Part shown: positions 61,458 to 64,000 of the stretch, piece after piece
Layout of the letters: the number at the start of each line of letters is the position of its first letter
How positions within the stretch are numbered: position 1 is the stretch's first letter
NCBI GenBank assembly: GCA_050953065.1
Contig: JBMNLZ010000001.1
Coordinates: 160,001 to 224,000 of the forward strand
Direction of reading: 5' to 3'
Length of the DNA: 64,000 bases
Source: Bacilli bacterium
GTDB taxonomy: Bacteria; Bacillota_I; Bacilli_A; ML615J-28; CAG-698
Position numbers and translations under genes: made by a program
Notes under the pieces: generated by a model
Seen by the model: only the letters and a program-made list of their open reading frames with translations
Told to the model about the DNA's origin: nothing
The model's database searches: none

Positions 61458-63023
61458 TTATACATTATATTTTTCAAGAAAGTATTCGATTGAATCAACC
61501 AAAGCAATAATACTTGCTTCTATAATATCAGTAGAAACACCAATTGTTGTCCAATTTTCCTTTCCGTTAGTACTTTCAATTAGAACTCTTGTTGTGGCAG
61601 CAGTTGCTTGTTTTTGATCAAGTACTCTTACCTTATAGTCTAATAATTTCATTTTAGATAAATTAGGATAAAATACCACTAATGCCTTTCTTAAGGCTGT
61701 GTCCAAAGCATTGACTGGTCCATTACCAGATGCAGCAGTCATTTCAGAAGTGCCATTTACTTCTACTTTTACTGTAGCATATGATGGGAACTCATTGTCA
61801 GCCATTGGAAACTCACCCATAGTTTTATATAAATTAAGTTTAAAGTAAGGCTTATGTTTTCCTAATATTTTTTTAACCAATATTTCAAATGATGCATCTG
61901 AAGATTCAAATTGATATCCTTTGTGTTCTAAATTTTTTAAAGTATCAATAATTTTTGATAATATTGGAGAGTTTTTATCAATTTCTGGAGCAAATGGTCT
62001 AATTTTTTCAAGGATACTACCCCTACCAGCAACTTCAGAAATTAAAAATCTTCTTTTATTACCTACTAGACTAGGGTCAACATGCTCAAAAGATGTAGAA
62101 TTCTTCAAAACTCCATCAATATGCATCCCAGCTTTATGAGCAAAAGCACTTTTTCCAACATAAGGTTTATTATTTAACAATTTAATGTTAGAAATACCAG
62201 AAATTTTTTTAGCAGTTTCTGTAACAAGTTCTAATTTGCCATCACAAACATATTCAGTTTTTAAATTTAGACTAGGAATTATTGAACTTAAATCAGCATT
62301 TCCACAACGTTCTCCAAACCCAACAAAAGTCCCTTGAATTTGAACTGCACCTTCTTGAACTGCAATAATAGTGTTTGCAACTGCACAGCCAGAATCATTA
62401 TGAGCATGCATCCCTATTCTAATACCACTGAATTGTTTAACAACTAAAGATACTATATCCCTAACCTCATTTGGCAATATACCACCATTAGTATCACAAA
62501 GGCATAAAACATCTGCACCAGCATCAACTGCTTTTTTTAATACCTTCATAGCATATTTTGGATTGCTTTTATATCCATCAAAAAAATGTTCTGCATCAAA
62601 AATTACTTCTTTGCCACAATCCTTTAGATATTTAACTGTATCAAAAATCATTTCTAAATTTTCTTCTAAAGTTGTTTGAATAACTTCTTTAACATGTAAA
62701 TCCCATGTCTTTCCAAAAATAGAAACAACCTCTGTATTAGCGCTAAGCAAAGCTTTTATATTTGCATCATCCTCGATTTTTGACTTTTTCCTTCTAGTAC
62801 TACCAAATGCACAAACTTTAGAATTTTTTAATTCAATTTCTGATAATTTTTCAAAAAATTCTAAATCCTTTGGATTAGATGCGGGATTACCAGCTTCAAT
62901 ATAAGTAATACCAAAGTCATCTAAGACCTTAACAATATTTATTTTATCGTTTACCGAAAATGATATATCTTCGCTTTGTGCACCATCACGTAAAGTTGAG
63001 TCAAAAGTTTCGATTCTTTTCAT
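61458..63023 (-). CDS. cimA: Citramalate synthase
   Basis: DSTLRDGAQ, IFDAEHFFDG, HAHND, AFAHKAGMH, LLDYKVRV. Confidence 0.9.
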   Translation of the reverse strand: MKRIETFDSTLRDGAQSEDISFSVNDKINIVKVLDDFGITYIEAGNPASNPKDLEFFEKLSEIELKNSKVCAFGSTRRKKSKIEDDANIKALLSANTEVVSIFGKTWDLHVKEVIQTTLEENLEMIFDTVKYLKDCGKEVIFDAEHFFDGYKSNPKYAMKVLKKAVDAGADVLCLCDTNGGILPNEVRDIVSLVVKQFSGIRIGMHAHNDSGCAVANTIIAVQEGAVQIQGTFVGFGERCGNADLSSIIPSLNLKTEYVCDGKLELVTETAKKISGISNIKLLNNKPYVGKSAFAHKAGMHIDGVLKNSTSFEHVDPSLVGNKRRFLISEVAGRGSILEKIRPFAPEIDKNSPILSKIIDTLKNLEHKGYQFESSDASFEILVKKILGKHKPYFKLNLYKTMGEFPMADNEFPSYATVKVEVNGTSEMTAASGNGPVNALDTALRKALVVFYPNLSKMKLLDYKVRVLDQKQATAATTRVLIESTNGKENWTTIGVSTDIIEASIIALVDSIEYFLEKYNV

Positions 63024-63024
63024 A

Positions 63025-64000
63025 TTATTTGTTAACTCCCATATTAAAGTATTTATTTATTGCATTAATGTAGGCCTTTATGCTTGATTCAATGATATTA
63101 CTTGAAAGGCCTCTACCTGTAATCATCTTATCTTCAATGCTTACCTTTGCAATTACTTCCCCTTGAGCATCTACTCCATCAGTTACAGCATTTATAATAT
63201 AACTTTCAAGATTGAATACTAAAGGAAAAACAACATTATTGATTGCATTAAATACAGCATCAATTGGCCCATATCCTAAAGAAACATGTTCAACAACTTT
63301 ATCTTGGTATTTCAATTTTACTGAACAAATTGAACTAGCATCACTTCTTGTATGTACTTCAAAATCTAGCAATTCCATTTCTTTGATTTCAAGCTCTTTA
63401 TTAGCAACAATCGCTTCTATATCGCTTTCGTAAATTTCTTTCTTTTTATCACATAAATTTTTGAACTTTTTGAATGCAGTTTCAATTTCTTGTTCTGTTA
63501 AATTATATCCCATAGATTTTAGTCTATCAGTAAAAGCATGTTTCCCAGAATGTTTACCTAAAACCATATTACTTTTAATTACAACACCAACTGACTCTGG
63601 TGTCATAATCTCATAAGTGGATTTTTCTGCTAGCATACCATGTTGATGAATTCCAGATTCATGAGCAAAGGCATTTGCTCCAACAATTGGCTTATTAATT
63701 GGTGGAATCATCCCTAAAATATTATATACTAACTTACTAGTTCTATAAATTTGAGTTGTATCAATATTAGTAACACATTGTAATCTTTTATAACGTGTTT
63801 TTAACACCATTACAATTTCTTCTAAAGCTGCATTCCCAGCTCTTTCTCCTAACCCATTGATTGTACACTCAACTTGTCCAGCTCCTGCTTCGATTCCTGC
63901 TATAGAATTAGCAACACCTAAACCTAGATCATTATGGCAATGAACTGAAATCACCGCTTGATCAATGTTTGGAACATTTTTTTTGATATAAGTTATCATT
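63025..64000 (-). CDS. leuA: 2-isopropylmalate synthase (5' end outside window)
   Basis: HCHNDLG, GLGERAGNAALEE, AFAHESGIHQHG, LGKHSG. Confidence 0.93.
   Translation of the reverse strand, partial: MITYIKKNVPNIDQAVISVHCHNDLGLGVANSIAGIEAGAGQVECTINGLGERAGNAALEEIVMVLKTRYKRLQCVTNIDTTQIYRTSKLVYNILGMIPPINKPIVGANAFAHESGIHQHGMLAEKSTYEIMTPESVGVVIKSNMVLGKHSGKHAFTDRLKSMGYNLTEQEIETAFKKFKNLCDKKKEIYESDIEAIVANKELEIKEMELLDFEVHTRSDASSICSVKLKYQDKVVEHVSLGYGPIDAVFNAINNVVFPLVFNLESYIINAVTDGVDAQGEVIAKVSIEDKMITGRGLSSNIIESSIKAYINAINKYFNMGVNK

Noticed and set aside
1335-63433. Numerous 60-165 aa antisense or alternate-frame ORFs in the track (e.g. 1335-1580, 9168-9431, 13686-13889, 16644-16970, 29146-29520, 54477-54974, 60204-60551)
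   Set aside because: Lie within well-supported genes, show Ser/Ile/Phe-rich shadow composition and lack SDs

Overview
Very AT-rich core-chromosome window from a low-GC Bacillota relative. It uses the standard code (UGA = stop). The gene set (class-II GlyRS, Rnf, plsY-parE, rplU-prp-rpmA, ybeY-cdd without dgkA) suggests an Acholeplasmatales/Izemoplasmatales-like lineage, which is an inference. The window appears to contain the replication terminus: a textbook 28-bp dif site (7342-7369) sits in a 1-kb gene-free gap where gene orientation flips from + to -, between xerD and parE-parC, and is bracketed by a 26-bp inverted repeat. Most of the rest is housekeeping (translation, repair, Rnf, lysine and leucine/citramalate biosynthesis). 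Highlights: (1) an apparent sphingolipid/ceramide operon (serine palmitoyltransferase + ketosphinganine-reductase-like SDR + bacterial ceramide-synthase-like GNAT) in a monoderm lineage; (2) an unannotated two-peptide operon with RiPP-type YxxP leaders; (3) a catalytically degenerate Fic gene in the topoisomerase IV operon, split at an A10 tract; (4) Shine-Dalgarno sequences separated from their start codons by hairpins (leuB, possibly rpoD). No rRNA, tRNA, CRISPR, transposase or prophage was seen. All family assignments are by eye from motifs; no searches were run.
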